This document shows, one piece after another, positions 7,160-16,698 of a stretch of 30,990 nucleotides of DNA. Each line of letters begins with the position of its first letter. Position 1 is the stretch's first letter. The stretch is from a virus (taxonomy: Duplodnaviria > Caudoviricetes), in the IMG/VR virus record IMGVR_UViG_3300002091_000079, positions 1 to 30,990 of that record; one strand, 5' to 3'. The position numbers were made by a program, and so were the translations under genes. The notes under the pieces are model-generated. The model did not search any database. It was not told where the DNA came from and was given only the letters and a program-made list of their open reading frames with translations.

Positions 7160-9244
7160 TTAGTTTGTTGTAACAGTACATGATCGAGCAACCAATGTCG
7201 CTTTTGCAGCCAATCCTGTAGCGCTTGGTGCTGAGGAGGTTCCGCCTGATAGATTGATAGTTTTGCTGCTATAGGCTGTGGTTCCACCTGTGCCATCTAG
7301 GGCTGCTAGTGATACTAGAATGCCGTCAACGCTGGCTTGATTAAGTTTCGCACCAGTTAACGTAAAGTTTCCCCCCACTGTTTTTAAAGTAGAACCTAAG
7401 GAGAATGTAACCATGTTTGCGGCGGTGAACGTAACCGCGCCACCAAATGTGATGATCGCTGGGAAGTTAAGAGTTGCTAAAGCTGCAAATGATGCTGTAA
7501 CCGCACCTGTTACCGTGGCAAGATTGGTAAAAGTTGCTGTTGTAACTAAGGCCATGGTTGTTGACCATGTTGAACCCATAGTAACCAAAGCAGGCAGACT
7601 TAGTGTGGTTAAAGTCGCAGCAGTTAACCCAAAGGCTCCGGTGATTGTTGTCAAGTTAGTTAGGGTTAATGTGGTTAATGCCGCAAGTGTTGGGCTGAAA
7701 GTGGTACCAATATTAACCAATGACGACATACTTAATGTAGCAATCAATGTTCCAACTGGCGTTAACGCAGTACCAATCGTCGTTAATGCATTGGCCGTTA
7801 TGGATGTACCAGATGCCATATTAGGTGCGAATGAAGCCCCGCATGTTACCAGTGCAGGTAAACTTAATGCCACTAAAGAAGCAAGAACGGGTGCAAAATT
7901 TCCTGTAGCGGTATGGAGACTTGTTAAAGTAAGTGTTGTCAAAGATGCAAATGTTGCAGTGGTTGCGGCTGCGATTGAATATAAATTTGGTGCAGAAAAT
8001 GAAGTGATTGAACTTGCTGTCATTCCGAAACTGCCATTCATCACTTTTAGCAATGGAAAGCTCAATGACGTTAAAGAGTTGAGAGTTATATTTGCGCTGG
8101 GCATAGCCACTAAGACAGGGAAACTTAAGGATGTTAATGTGGCTGGAAGACCAGTTATGGATCCTAAAATAGATTGCAGCGCAGGAAATGATAATGACGT
8201 CATCACATTGCTACCAATAAAAACACCCCCTGATATGGTTATCAGGCTTCCTGCTGTGAAAGTGGTCAAATTATCATATTGAATTGAAATATTATCTATG
8301 GAGATAAGCGATCCAAGATTTAGAGTTGTAATATTCGGCTCGTAATTAGTGGAACTCATGACGCTCAATCCCGCAAGGCCATTGGTTGCTGTGCCATTTG
8401 GGGCAATTAAACTACTATTAAATGTAGAATATAAAAAAGGCGTGTAAGCAGTGCCTACAATGGATATTCCAGATACTCCAAGAGAAGATATTGCAGAATT
8501 AATTAATATAAACCCCGACAAAGCATCAGAATAAATAAACTGATAAATCCCATTTAAAATAATCTCACCCCCACTCAACGCCGCACCATTAGACAGCAAA
8601 ATAGGGTGTGTAATGCCGTTAACTGTCAATGTAGATGCGCCGGTATTGGCATGGATGGCCGACATAATTACTTCAAATCCACTTAGAATACTGGAAATTT
8701 GAGCTGGTAGTATATTAGCTATATAAGCATTGGCAACGCCAGTATCTAAGGCATAATTATAACCATTGGCTTGAACCTCAAATGTATTTGCAGTCGATAT
8801 ACTAGGATTAACAAGCTGAAACACGTTGTCTGCCAAGTTATAGATGCACAGGTATTCTGTTGCCGTGGTAATGTCATTAGGCGCTAAACCACCTGACCAG
8901 CAAACGATGGTTACTGGAGTTAATCCATTTACTGATAAAGTAGGCGCTTCAATTGTGTTACTTTTGCTTCCTGAATAAAAAGTAACGATCATACCATCCG
9001 TTAAAGACGTAACAGCAGGAGTCAAAGTGACTGTAAACGCATTGCTAGAGCCGCCAAGTGCTGCAAAGTTAAAGGCGCTTTTTTGTACTTGCGCTTGCTT
9101 TGCATATAGATTGTTCATTGAAGCACCGCTAATTGCAGCGTCATTACCTGCTGCGTAGGGTGATTGTGAAATATAAAGCAAATCAGTAGGTAAAATGGTA
9201 GTGACGGGATTAGCGTCATATATCTGTTTAAGCGTCTTTGACAT
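7160..9244 (-). CDS. Fibre/spike protein with two tandem beta domains and an LRR-like solenoid
   Basis: Duplicated ~90-aa domain (NAFTVTLTPA...TLSVNG / NAYIANILPA...TLTVNG), then many ~22-aa LTSLSFPxL repeats and a capping motif. Confidence 0.8.
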   Translation of the reverse strand: MSKTLKQIYDANPVTTILPTDLLYISQSPYAAGNDAAISGASMNNLYAKQAQVQKSAFNFAALGGSSNAFTVTLTPAVTSLTDGMIVTFYSGSKSNTIEAPTLSVNGLTPVTIVCWSGGLAPNDITTATEYLCIYNLADNVFQLVNPSISTANTFEVQANGYNYALDTGVANAYIANILPAQISSILSGFEVIMSAIHANTGASTLTVNGITHPILLSNGAALSGGEIILNGIYQFIYSDALSGFILINSAISSLGVSGISIVGTAYTPFLYSTFNSSLIAPNGTATNGLAGLSVMSSTNYEPNITTLNLGSLISIDNISIQYDNLTTFTAGSLITISGGVFIGSNVMTSLSFPALQSILGSITGLPATLTSLSFPVLVAMPSANITLNSLTSLSFPLLKVMNGSFGMTASSITSFSAPNLYSIAAATTATFASLTTLTLTSLHTATGNFAPVLASLVALSLPALVTCGASFAPNMASGTSITANALTTIGTALTPVGTLIATLSMSSLVNIGTTFSPTLAALTTLTLTNLTTITGAFGLTAATLTTLSLPALVTMGSTWSTTMALVTTATFTNLATVTGAVTASFAALATLNFPAIITFGGAVTFTAANMVTFSLGSTLKTVGGNFTLTGAKLNQASVDGILVSLAALDGTGGTTAYSSKTINLSGGTSSAPSATGLAAKATLVARSCTVTTN

Positions 9245-9253
9245 GATGAATCC

Positions 9254-9403
9254 TCAAGCGAGTATTAAATACTCATTGTCTGTGAGTAAAATGGGTGTGC
9301 CATCGGTTAATAATAAATAACCTATTTCTGGTGGAGTAATAGCACTTAATTCATAAATCAAAATAGGCGGCGTATGAATCAACCACCATGAGTAATTCAT
9401 CAT
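9254..9403 (-). CDS. Small virion adaptor-like peptide (49 aa, not in the ORF track)
   Basis: MMNYSWWLIHTPPILIYELSAITPPEIGYLLLTDGTPILLTDNEYLILA; AAGGA RBS; fills the gap exactly. Confidence 0.7.
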   Translation of the reverse strand: MMNYSWWLIHTPPILIYELSAITPPEIGYLLLTDGTPILLTDNEYLILA

Positions 9404-9412
9404 GACAAGTCC

Positions 9413-9685
9413 TTATGGAATGTTTGTTGAACCGTATACCAAACCTGTCGCTGTAGTCGTTCTTAGCGTCCCATTGACTGTGGCACTTGTCAAAATCCGC
9501 TTGGCAGCAATAGGATAAATTCCCCCAGCAATGGCACCAGGCAACCATTGAGGTATTTCATTGCTATTCATGTAAACAATATCGCCCGCTGTTCCTGAAA
9601 CATAAATATAAATGGATGGTTTAGGAAAGTTTGTATCTATCGTTGCATAATCAGAATAACCAAACGCAAAACCCCAACTAATCAT
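9413..9685 (-). CDS. Head spike base protein-like (RcGTA Rcc01079 family)
   Basis: IYIYVSGTAGDI...AGGIYPIAAKRI...TTATGLV pattern at about 90 aa. Confidence 0.6.
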   Translation of the reverse strand: MISWGFAFGYSDYATIDTNFPKPSIYIYVSGTAGDIVYMNSNEIPQWLPGAIAGGIYPIAAKRILTSATVNGTLRTTTATGLVYGSTNIP

Positions 9686-9696
9686 TTTATACTCGC

Positions 9697-11172
9697 TTAT
9701 TGATCAAGATAGATAACATCATATGCCACTTCAGAAATTAAATCACTATCCAAAGCAAGCACCAAAGTCTGATAAGATTTTACCCCATGAGAAGACCAGT
9801 CATGAACTGGATTATCTTTAAACTTACCCATTTTATCATCATACGTCTTTTCATAATGCGATATACAATCAATCAAACGCTGAGTATTTTCTTCATTAAA
9901 GGTGGTCATGTAGAGCTTTTGGCGGATGGCCTCAATCGCCACTTTGTGCGAGCTGGGACGCTTAACAATAATGCCCTGTTCTCCCATCTCAAATAAATAA
10001 TCCTGAGTATTTTTAAGGCCGTCATTAAAGTTTCTATTGGCTCCGTCATGAGGCACAAAATGTGTTCTAAAGGTCAGATTGCGTGCATTACAAAAACGTC
10101 TTATCTCATCCACATAAAATGATAAAGCTCTATTATTGTTTTCTATATACCCAATAATAGATGGCCAAAGTTTCCCAGCTCGGCTTTCAAATTGGGCAAG
10201 TGTAATAGCTGTATAATCAGAAACGCCAATATCATAAAAAGCATACACGCCTTTATTCGGTAAATAGTGACCTTTAGCAATTCGTTCTGACTTATGAATT
10301 TCATTAATCGCCATAGCAAAATATTTGGTTTCTTCATTTATCTGTACGTTCCCATAGTATTCTTGCTGAATAAGGTATTCAGGCATCCCTGCTCGCCTGT
10401 CTTCATCTACATCGGCATCAGTGATATAGGGTTTCCCATCTTCATCTACTAACGTATTAATGTTCTCTTCTCGACAAAACCAGAGAGGATCTTTTTCATT
10501 CTTCTTTAACATCCAGTAAAAATGATTCATACCGTCATAAGTGGATTGACCAAACAACCAACCCCCATTCTGACGCAATACAGGCATCATGGTATAAAGC
10601 ACTTTCGGATCGCTAAATGCCAACTCAGCAAATACAATCCCACGTGGATTCGTACCCCTAAGTTTATCAGGGTCAATATCGCATCCAACAACCCATATAA
10701 GGCTGCCATTGGTTAAATGAATGGTCATGTCCGCATCATTGGGTTTTCGTGCCAGCAATCGCTTGGGAATCATTTCTATGAACTTAATGCTGTTGCCAGT
10801 ACTCAAATCCAGCATAGCCCCTTCCCACAATATTTTGCGTGCGCGAACATTCGTTGGGTATGCCATGATGTACATGCCTGGTGAACTGATGGCGCAATCT
10901 ATAACAATATTCCAAGTCGTAACCTCTTTGCCCGCACGGCGTGGCCATTGCACGATTAAACGCTTGGAAACATTATTGATTAAGGTATCACGCGCTTCAA
11001 GTTGATAGGGTCTGAAATTAACGTAAGGAATTCTGATGGCATAACCATCTTGCCAGTTTACATGTAAATTGTTCTGTGCATCCCTTGTTAATTCGTAGGA
11101 ACTCATTGAACGTGTAGAATACACGCTCAATGCCTTATCCCGCATGGCTTTTGCTTCTTGTAAAACACCCAT
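9697..11172 (-). CDS. terL: Terminase large subunit
   Basis: RPYQ Q-motif, WPRRAGK Walker A, LRGTNPRGIVFAE Walker B, QEYY, FYDIG nuclease Asp, PHDG, PVHDWSSH; likely ATG at 11172. Confidence 0.93.
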   Translation of the reverse strand: MGVLQEAKAMRDKALSVYSTRSMSSYELTRDAQNNLHVNWQDGYAIRIPYVNFRPYQLEARDTLINNVSKRLIVQWPRRAGKEVTTWNIVIDCAISSPGMYIMAYPTNVRARKILWEGAMLDLSTGNSIKFIEMIPKRLLARKPNDADMTIHLTNGSLIWVVGCDIDPDKLRGTNPRGIVFAELAFSDPKVLYTMMPVLRQNGGWLFGQSTYDGMNHFYWMLKKNEKDPLWFCREENINTLVDEDGKPYITDADVDEDRRAGMPEYLIQQEYYGNVQINEETKYFAMAINEIHKSERIAKGHYLPNKGVYAFYDIGVSDYTAITLAQFESRAGKLWPSIIGYIENNNRALSFYVDEIRRFCNARNLTFRTHFVPHDGANRNFNDGLKNTQDYLFEMGEQGIIVKRPSSHKVAIEAIRQKLYMTTFNEENTQRLIDCISHYEKTYDDKMGKFKDNPVHDWSSHGVKSYQTLVLALDSDLISEVAYDVIYLDQ

Positions 11173-11176
11173 TATG

Positions 11177-12328
11177 TTAAGTCTTAATAATTTCAGTAAC
11201 AATATAAGCCGATTGTACAATATTAAATGGTGACGGTGTGGCCGCACCTGTTGAACCTGTACTGGCAGCCGACTGGGGATTAACCAAGTTTGCGGCTCCT
11301 CCTGATGTTGCTCCAATTCCTGGCAATGTTGTTTGAAGATATGTATGAGTATGTGCAGGAATTTGACTAATATCGGTTAAAGCCTCGGTTTCACTACCAC
11401 CCGTATTTCCTACGACATTACCAATGGTCGCTGTTCCAGAGCCACCCACACCCATAGCTACGCGCCGTCTTGTATCAGGCACTTTAAAATTTGCACCCGA
11501 TCCGCCCCATAGATAACCAATTGCAGCAAATAATGCAGGATAAGTAGCCGTTGCATAAGTGCTGCCATCACACAACAAATAACCGGTTGGCGCTACAGTT
11601 CCATAAAATTTGATGCCACTTCCTGCTGGTAATGCTTGATCAACCGCTGTGGTTAACAAAGCCAATTGAGCTGCCACAGTCGTGGGAACCATATTATATG
11701 TATCATAATAACCAACTAATGCCGCTCCATTCGTTACCGGTTGTTCATTTGCTAATTCAGACCGTAATGTTGATGTATCAGCCGATTGCTCCAATGTTGC
11801 TGCTATGACACCATTTGATGACCCATACCATACCTGACCAGCTGCCAATACAGGAATTTGAACATTAGCCGCAATCGTACTGTCAGGCAAATAAGAGTTG
11901 ATAATGTAGGATAAATTTCGTTCTAATGTGTAAGATTTATTCTGCTGGGATATCAAAAGCAGTTTATCAAGAGCCGCATCAAGCGTTATACCAGAAAAAT
12001 TTACCGCATTAGCAAACTCAACATCCAATGATGCAGATACATTGCGTACAATTGTTACAATATAACCCGATGGTGGTATATGACCGCCTAAAAAAGTAAT
12101 GTTTCCGCCCGTAGTCGGATCGGGAATATTCGGTGTATATGTATATGCCACATTCCATTCATTAATATCTGTAGCAGGAACTGGCGGAGATGCCGCCGCC
12201 TGCGTGAACACATCCAAATCAGGCGTGCCATCTACTTCAATCGGTGTATAAAAAGGAACAACATACTGGGTTGTTATTCCATCAGCCACATATTGAACAA
12301 TTGTATTTTGCTGCGGTAAATCTGACAT
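11177..12328 (-). CDS. Tail fibre with T7 gp17-like N-terminal anchor and C-terminal collar domain
   Basis: YVADGITTQYVVPF...LDAALDKL anchor; APTGYLLCDG...YPALFAAIG...FKVPD collar; PAHTH. Confidence 0.88.
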   Translation of the reverse strand: MSDLPQQNTIVQYVADGITTQYVVPFYTPIEVDGTPDLDVFTQAAASPPVPATDINEWNVAYTYTPNIPDPTTGGNITFLGGHIPPSGYIVTIVRNVSASLDVEFANAVNFSGITLDAALDKLLLISQQNKSYTLERNLSYIINSYLPDSTIAANVQIPVLAAGQVWYGSSNGVIAATLEQSADTSTLRSELANEQPVTNGAALVGYYDTYNMVPTTVAAQLALLTTAVDQALPAGSGIKFYGTVAPTGYLLCDGSTYATATYPALFAAIGYLWGGSGANFKVPDTRRRVAMGVGGSGTATIGNVVGNTGGSETEALTDISQIPAHTHTYLQTTLPGIGATSGGAANLVNPQSAASTGSTGAATPSPFNIVQSAYIVTEIIKT

Positions 12329-12337
12329 GGTATATCC

Positions 12338-14680
12338 TTAAAAAAGTGAATGTTGGCCTGGTTCAACATAGGGTTTATTGCCAAGGAAAGCGTCAACAAA
12401 TGGCGATATACCAGGTAGTGTTGCCATTGGGTTGGCTACATTAATAAACTCCTTGGCAGCAGCCTGAGCGCCCTTTAAATCACCGTTAGCTAATGATAAA
12501 GCCGTACTCAACGGATCGTAAACAAATTTCCATTGAGGCGTACCAAAGAAAGACCCCAATGCTGTCTTGGATGTTGAATTTCCATTCATGATAGAATTGA
12601 ATATACCAAATCCACCCGATGATAATTTAAGGAAAAACTTCGCTTGCTCACCTCGGCTCATTTTGGTTGGATCGGGCGGTGTCTGTCCCTTACCAAGCGA
12701 CACAAGCACCTCAGACAATGAAGCCAGCATGATAGTGCCTAACATCTGATTCAAGGCATACATTGCCTTTCCCTGATAACTATCAAAGTCTTGAAACCCT
12801 CCAGCCCATACACGCCTAAAGTTTTGAATGGGATATGCTTTAAATTGGGCAAACATCCGCCATAGCACACCACCAATCGTACCAGCTTTAAAGTTACCAG
12901 TCGTACACATATTCGTATAAGCCGTAGGATTCAACACTGAAAATTCTTGTGCCGTATCAAACATGGCAAATGCTTTTCTGAATAAATGTGAACGGTACAT
13001 GGATAATGGGATATTTTGATCGCCCGCATTCCATAAATCCTTTATCTCATCTTCTGATAATCGCTTCACATTATCCGTTGAAAAAAGATTCTTTTCAGTT
13101 TTAGAACGCAATGCATCCCATTCTTTAGGTGTGATATCAAATCGATTTAAATAAGATTGCTGTTGAGTATGCAATGCATCAAATGACTTGGATGATAACT
13201 TCCCATAGCCTTTCATGATTGGATCCATAGCACTCAATCGAGTACCCCTATCAAGTGCATGCAGTCCTACAGTGGTAAAAAACTTATTGGATAATTTATT
13301 TAATGTGGTGCCCATACCACTAATATCAGAAAATCGAGAAATAGTGCCTGAATGAACATTCAGTGATGAATTCATCATTTTCGCTATTTCAATTCTACTT
13401 TCGCTGCTAGGAAGTCTATCAAACATATTTACAAATGAATTGATGTAGGTTTTCCAGTACCCCAATCCTGCCCTCATTGAGAAAGCCGCTATGTTAGACG
13501 TATCTGTGATTGAAAGGGCTGCAATGCCTCCCAAACGCGCCATAGAGGTCAATGCGCCTACACTCGCCTGAATATTGGCTAGCGTTGAATTAAATGCGCC
13601 TTTACTGGCACCCATTAAATTATTAAATAAAGCATCCGTGATATTATGTGCACCCTTTTCAAGTACCGTTCCAGACTCTTTTGCCACTTGAATATGCCGC
13701 ATTTCCAAATACATTTGTTGAGGATTAGTTCCAAATATTTCTGCAATCCCTGCTTGCTGAGCTGAGGTACTGATATCCTGAAACCATGCTTGATGCAAGT
13801 TGCCTTGACCATAAGCCTTATTGGCCATTCCCCAGCTTTTCCAATCTTTGTAAATGTAGAACATGTGACGTGAACGTTCTATCATCTGAGCATCACGTGA
13901 TATAGCGGAACGGGTAAATAGTGGACCATTTCCCTCAATGATATTGTCATACGTATTGCCTATCATTTCATCAACAATGGCATGATTGATATTTCCATCA
14001 ATATCAGCGGCTTTTGTGTGTCCAAATGTGGCTTCAATATCAATAAGAGCTTTGTGCATCGGTATCCATGCCTCACGTCCTATCTTTGACATTAACGATT
14101 GATCATACATGGCTTTAAAATAGCGGTCTTTGTGCATGGCTGCTGGTGCCATAGCATCCGATTGAATAAGTTTTGCATTACGTGTGAGGGTATATTCTCG
14201 CAATGAATCACCCATTTTTTGTATTTCCGGATCGTGATGCCCTTGACCATCAGCTACGGCATAAACACTATCGTCAATATTCCCCTCTTCAAGAGCATTC
14301 AAATTCTCTTTCGTGAATGTACCAAACGCCTCATTATGCAATTCCTGCCTTACCGCATTCACAGCCGTTTCAGCATTATAAGCAGTATTGGTCGATGTCT
14401 TTTCGATAAAGGACTGAGGCTTAATCCCTTTGGCCATGATTGATTTTATTTCATCATGCTTGCCAATGTTTCTTGCAGCACTGGCCGAGTCATTTAATAA
14501 AGATTCCAACTGCTCGGCATTAATTTCCTTGATGGCGGCTTTTCTAGCAAAAGGAACGCCGTCCTTTTGAAGTTGTTTAGCACGCCGTGAAACGTTCTTA
14601 ATGTACTGTTCCAGTTCTTTGTCAGTAAACAGGTTCAATGCCTGCCGAGCTGTTGCGATACAATCTTTTTTAATGGTCAT
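12338..14680 (-). CDS. Internal virion (ejection) protein, large
   Basis: 780 aa, helical, QFKAYP motif and hydrophobic C-terminal segments; sits at the gp16 position. Confidence 0.7.
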   Translation of the reverse strand: MTIKKDCIATARQALNLFTDKELEQYIKNVSRRAKQLQKDGVPFARKAAIKEINAEQLESLLNDSASAARNIGKHDEIKSIMAKGIKPQSFIEKTSTNTAYNAETAVNAVRQELHNEAFGTFTKENLNALEEGNIDDSVYAVADGQGHHDPEIQKMGDSLREYTLTRNAKLIQSDAMAPAAMHKDRYFKAMYDQSLMSKIGREAWIPMHKALIDIEATFGHTKAADIDGNINHAIVDEMIGNTYDNIIEGNGPLFTRSAISRDAQMIERSRHMFYIYKDWKSWGMANKAYGQGNLHQAWFQDISTSAQQAGIAEIFGTNPQQMYLEMRHIQVAKESGTVLEKGAHNITDALFNNLMGASKGAFNSTLANIQASVGALTSMARLGGIAALSITDTSNIAAFSMRAGLGYWKTYINSFVNMFDRLPSSESRIEIAKMMNSSLNVHSGTISRFSDISGMGTTLNKLSNKFFTTVGLHALDRGTRLSAMDPIMKGYGKLSSKSFDALHTQQQSYLNRFDITPKEWDALRSKTEKNLFSTDNVKRLSEDEIKDLWNAGDQNIPLSMYRSHLFRKAFAMFDTAQEFSVLNPTAYTNMCTTGNFKAGTIGGVLWRMFAQFKAYPIQNFRRVWAGGFQDFDSYQGKAMYALNQMLGTIMLASLSEVLVSLGKGQTPPDPTKMSRGEQAKFFLKLSSGGFGIFNSIMNGNSTSKTALGSFFGTPQWKFVYDPLSTALSLANGDLKGAQAAAKEFINVANPMATLPGISPFVDAFLGNKPYVEPGQHSLF

Positions 14681-16698
14681 TATTCACCAAATTGACAAGT
14701 TATTAAATCGGACAGGGCTTGCTCACTGGCACTAAACTGCTTGAATTTCATTTCAGACGCTTCAAATTGCTCTTTCGCAAAGTCCAAATCTGATGATTTT
14801 ACCTTTTGAGTGGATGACTCATCAAAGATAACCTCCGGCGTTACCATTTTTTCATCAATAGCAAGTCCAGCTCTAACTCCTGACTCATCAAACCGCTTAA
14901 CGATTGGGACGGCCTTCTCAATTCGACTGTGAAGATATCTTTTAACACTATCAGGGTGAGCAAGACGCGAAGCACTAACATCAACCATGTCAGTGAATTT
15001 TTTAAGGATTTCATTAAGCGCTTTTTGTTTCGCATTAATAAACTCCATATGAATCCTATCTAATAACACTTTAGCCTCTGGCCATACTTGTGACAAGTCT
15101 TCAAGGCGGTGATAATCTGTACTATTTTTAAAATCATTAATTAATTTACTTTCAGGCATTAATTCATTACGCAAATGCATTAATTCATCGGCAGGATGCA
15201 TTAGTTTAATATCTTTCTCTAATGCTTTTAGTTCAAGATGGCGACCCGCCTGAAATTCACGCTCATATTTTGCCGTGCTTCTGCTTTCAATTTTTTTGAT
15301 TCGTTCATGTAACTTTAATTTACGCCTAATATTTGATGGCAATGTATAAGGAACCGCTTGGCCATGAAAAACACCAATTTTCTTTAAATGCTGTAAAATA
15401 TTTTGTTGTGAAAAAATCAATTTCTTTTTAATGCCTTTGGGCAATAGACGACTTAAACTTAAATCAAATGCCTTTAAATCATCACTATTCTTAGCAATCT
15501 TTAACCCTAAATTGTGTGCATAGCCTTGAATGGCTGCCAATAAAGCCGGTTGGTTACGCAGGTTTGATGCATTGTTGCCGAGTGCTGTATGAATGATATA
15601 GGTGGAAAGGAGCTGATTTTCTTCCTCGCTGAAATTGGTAATGCCTTGGTCGAACAATGCGCTCTTTAAATTCTGAACATTGTCTCGCCCTATGATCTCA
15701 TGCCAAACCTTACCCGTTGCGCGGTCATAAGGAATTTGTAAGGATTTCAATATTTCCAATCCACCCTCATGAACTTTGGTCATGTCATTGGGGTTTTCAA
15801 GGTATTCCAAGTACCATTCATGCATGGCTGGTGTGATATGCCCTAGTTCTTCAGCTTGCTGCAAATGGTCTTGTAACTCTGATACCTGAGCCTGTCTTTC
15901 AGCCTGCTGTGCTTTGGTTTCACCCTCTTTTATTGCATTGGCTGCCAGCACTTCGTCATGCTGCTTGAATAGACGGGTCAATTCAGCGTCCAAGGCTTTG
16001 CTTTCGGCTTTGGCTGCACGATGTGCTATAACTCCTCTAACACCCTTAAATGCAATGTAACCGGCTGCTAGCGGTGCTGCACCCAATAAGAAACCATAGT
16101 TATCAGCACCCCAGTCTTGAATGGCATGACTCGTATCAAGCGAGTTATTTATTGCATTATAATTTTCAGCAAAATGTTCAGGTATGGTAAATGTTTTATA
16201 GGAACCGTAAGCCTCTGCAAGACCTGTTCCAATAGCCGCAGCACTAACACCAGGTAAAAAATGACGGGCAGTACCTTCTGCCAATGTTTTTAATGGAACT
16301 TGTGTTCCTAGATAAGCCGATAACGCCCCTTCGCTTCCAATGCCAAGTGCTGCTTCTTCTAATCCATAACCAATCGCACCAGCCACGCCTTTTGCAGCTA
16401 TACCGCCTACAAAACCAAAGGGTAGTGTAGGAATAAGTGTGCCGATGGTACTGCCCACAAAGTTTGATGCATGCTGGCCTAAACCTTGGCGCGGATCGCT
16501 TAATGTTTCATTGATATTTGCCAATAACCCAGCAGTTGCACGCCTTCCATCTTCCGTAGATTGACCTGGAAAAATATAATCTTTTAATTGTGCGACTTCT
16601 TCAAATGGTTTTACAACGGATGACGCAAATGTTTCGCCATAAGTGGGTTTAGGTGCTAATCCTGATGGTAATGCGACCTGATCTTCACCGCCTAACAT
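14680..16698 (-). CDS. Internal virion (ejection) protein
   Basis: 672 aa; Gly/Ala-rich hydrophobic N-half and charged C-half; TAATG-coupled. Confidence 0.65.
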   Translation of the reverse strand: MLGGEDQVALPSGLAPKPTYGETFASSVVKPFEEVAQLKDYIFPGQSTEDGRRATAGLLANINETLSDPRQGLGQHASNFVGSTIGTLIPTLPFGFVGGIAAKGVAGAIGYGLEEAALGIGSEGALSAYLGTQVPLKTLAEGTARHFLPGVSAAAIGTGLAEAYGSYKTFTIPEHFAENYNAINNSLDTSHAIQDWGADNYGFLLGAAPLAAGYIAFKGVRGVIAHRAAKAESKALDAELTRLFKQHDEVLAANAIKEGETKAQQAERQAQVSELQDHLQQAEELGHITPAMHEWYLEYLENPNDMTKVHEGGLEILKSLQIPYDRATGKVWHEIIGRDNVQNLKSALFDQGITNFSEEENQLLSTYIIHTALGNNASNLRNQPALLAAIQGYAHNLGLKIAKNSDDLKAFDLSLSRLLPKGIKKKLIFSQQNILQHLKKIGVFHGQAVPYTLPSNIRRKLKLHERIKKIESRSTAKYEREFQAGRHLELKALEKDIKLMHPADELMHLRNELMPESKLINDFKNSTDYHRLEDLSQVWPEAKVLLDRIHMEFINAKQKALNEILKKFTDMVDVSASRLAHPDSVKRYLHSRIEKAVPIVKRFDESGVRAGLAIDEKMVTPEVIFDESSTQKVKSSDLDFAKEQFEASEMKFKQFSASEQALSDLITCQFGE

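Noticed and set aside
7413-8282. 289-aa antisense ORF
   Set aside because: It mirrors the repetitive Thr/Ala/Leu fibre gene on the opposite strand and has no independent signal.
11173-11316. Long N-terminal extensions in the ORF track (TerL; also 7147-7296, 24389-24472, 27239-27331, 28290-28376)
   Set aside because: Most overlap upstream genes, and better-placed or RBS-supported starts exist downstream.
6505-12328. Diversity-generating retroelement or invertible fibre cassette
   Set aside because: No reverse transcriptase, invertase or adenine-specific TR/VR pair was seen.
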